Positions 53,823-54,551 of a stretch of DNA of 54,551 nt are shown piece by piece. Numbering within the stretch: position 1 is the stretch's first letter; each line of letters opens with the position of its first letter. The DNA comes from Macrostomum lignano (lineage: Eukaryota), in contig NIVC01004215.1 of NCBI GenBank assembly GCA_002269645.1, forward strand, positions 1-54,551. The letters run 5' to 3'. The notes beneath the pieces are model-generated. The model was given only the letters and a program-made list of their open reading frames with translations. It had not been told where the DNA came from and ran no database searches. Both the position numbers and the translations under genes were made by a program.

Positions 53823-54551
53823 CAGTAGGAATACCAAGCCATTTTTCCGCCCGTCGAACTACCAAGGGGGGGGGGGAAATTTACCCCCCCCCCTGACAAT
53901 TTTTTTTGCTGCGCCGGAACGGAGCAACGCAGACACACAAAATTCAAGAACACGGGCTAACTTTTTGTTGCGCACCTTCTCAAACAAGAATCAAGTCGCC
54001 AGCCCTCCGGACCGTCGAGATATTCGACGATTCTGCCAGAAGGTCGGATTTTTCCCATAAGCGCTAGTGTATTCAGTACACCCCTGTGCGCCAATCAGCA
54101 CTGCGCCTCAGCGCAGCCTTGCAATGCCTCCAAATTGCATCAGCACGTCGACCACATGTGTCTGCATCAGCTCTGACTTCGTTGGTCACTAGCCTTCACC
54201 CAGGCGGAGCTTCTAGACCTTCAACAGGTGGCACCAAGTGACTATGGACACTCTGATACGAATTTCTCGAGTTTCGCTGATCAAGCCTCGACAGTGGGCA
54301 TACCTCAACTGCTAGGTATCCTCAGCTAGTCTCTCGAGCCTTCCATCATCACCCCGACGCCGTCGGCACCTTCAACCGGACTTGCAGCCAGGTGACTATG
54401 ACACCTCGTGGCAAATTTTCTCTAGATGTTTTCGCTGATCAAGCCTTGCCAATGGGCAAGCCTCAACGCGGAACATCTTCAGCTAGTCTCTCAAGCATTC
54501 AGTCATCACCCCGACGCCGTCGGCACCTTCAACAGATGACACCAGGCGACT
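53823..54551. mobile_element. End of a DNA-transposon-like repeat (possibly piggyBac-like) with G/C hairpin and ~160-bp internal tandem units; runs off the window
   Basis: Starts after TTAA (53819-53822); G-run AAATTTA C-run hairpin at ~53866-53893; two copies of GTGACTATG...CGCTGATCAAGCCT...CATCACCCCGACGCCGTCGGCACCTTCAAC; inverted copy at 6080-6585. Confidence 0.55.

Overview
Eukaryotic (metazoan) genomic DNA with spliceosomal introns. The GC-rich exons, short A/C-rich acceptors and a private minisatellite in nearly every long intron suggest a Macrostomum-like flatworm; this is inference, not verified. Gene content, left to right: (1) the 3' part of an F-type (fuco)lectin gene made of three tandem A-B domain-exon pairs (two exons frameshifted) ending in a WSC-domain exon, with Ty3/Gypsy, SINE, MITE and I-group LINE insertions in its introns; (2) a complete 4-exon GGT7-like gamma-glutamyltransferase on the minus strand (~650 aa) with Ser at the catalytic Thr position; (3) a 4-exon TLC-domain gene (TLCD1/2-like, ~306 aa, minus) whose 7.5-kb first intron is a cluster of DNA transposons; (4) a head-to-head 9-exon uncharacterised ~733-aa gene with TBC/RabGAP-like motifs and a coiled coil; (5) two tandem DEG/ENaC channel genes, the first complete (12 exons, ~596 aa, one GC-AG intron), the second running off the window. 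Most long ORFs in the track are minisatellite artefacts. Strongest leads: sharply bounded CpG erasure (CG>TA/CA) on transposon DNA, including a ~2.9-kb CpG-free hAT remnant; a phase-symmetric lectin exon cassette whose two broken exons can be skipped together; a minisatellite made of perfect 5' splice sites on the sense strand of an intron; and a 28S rRNA-like fragment inside a P-like transposon. All exon models were derived by hand from GT/AG and frame consistency.
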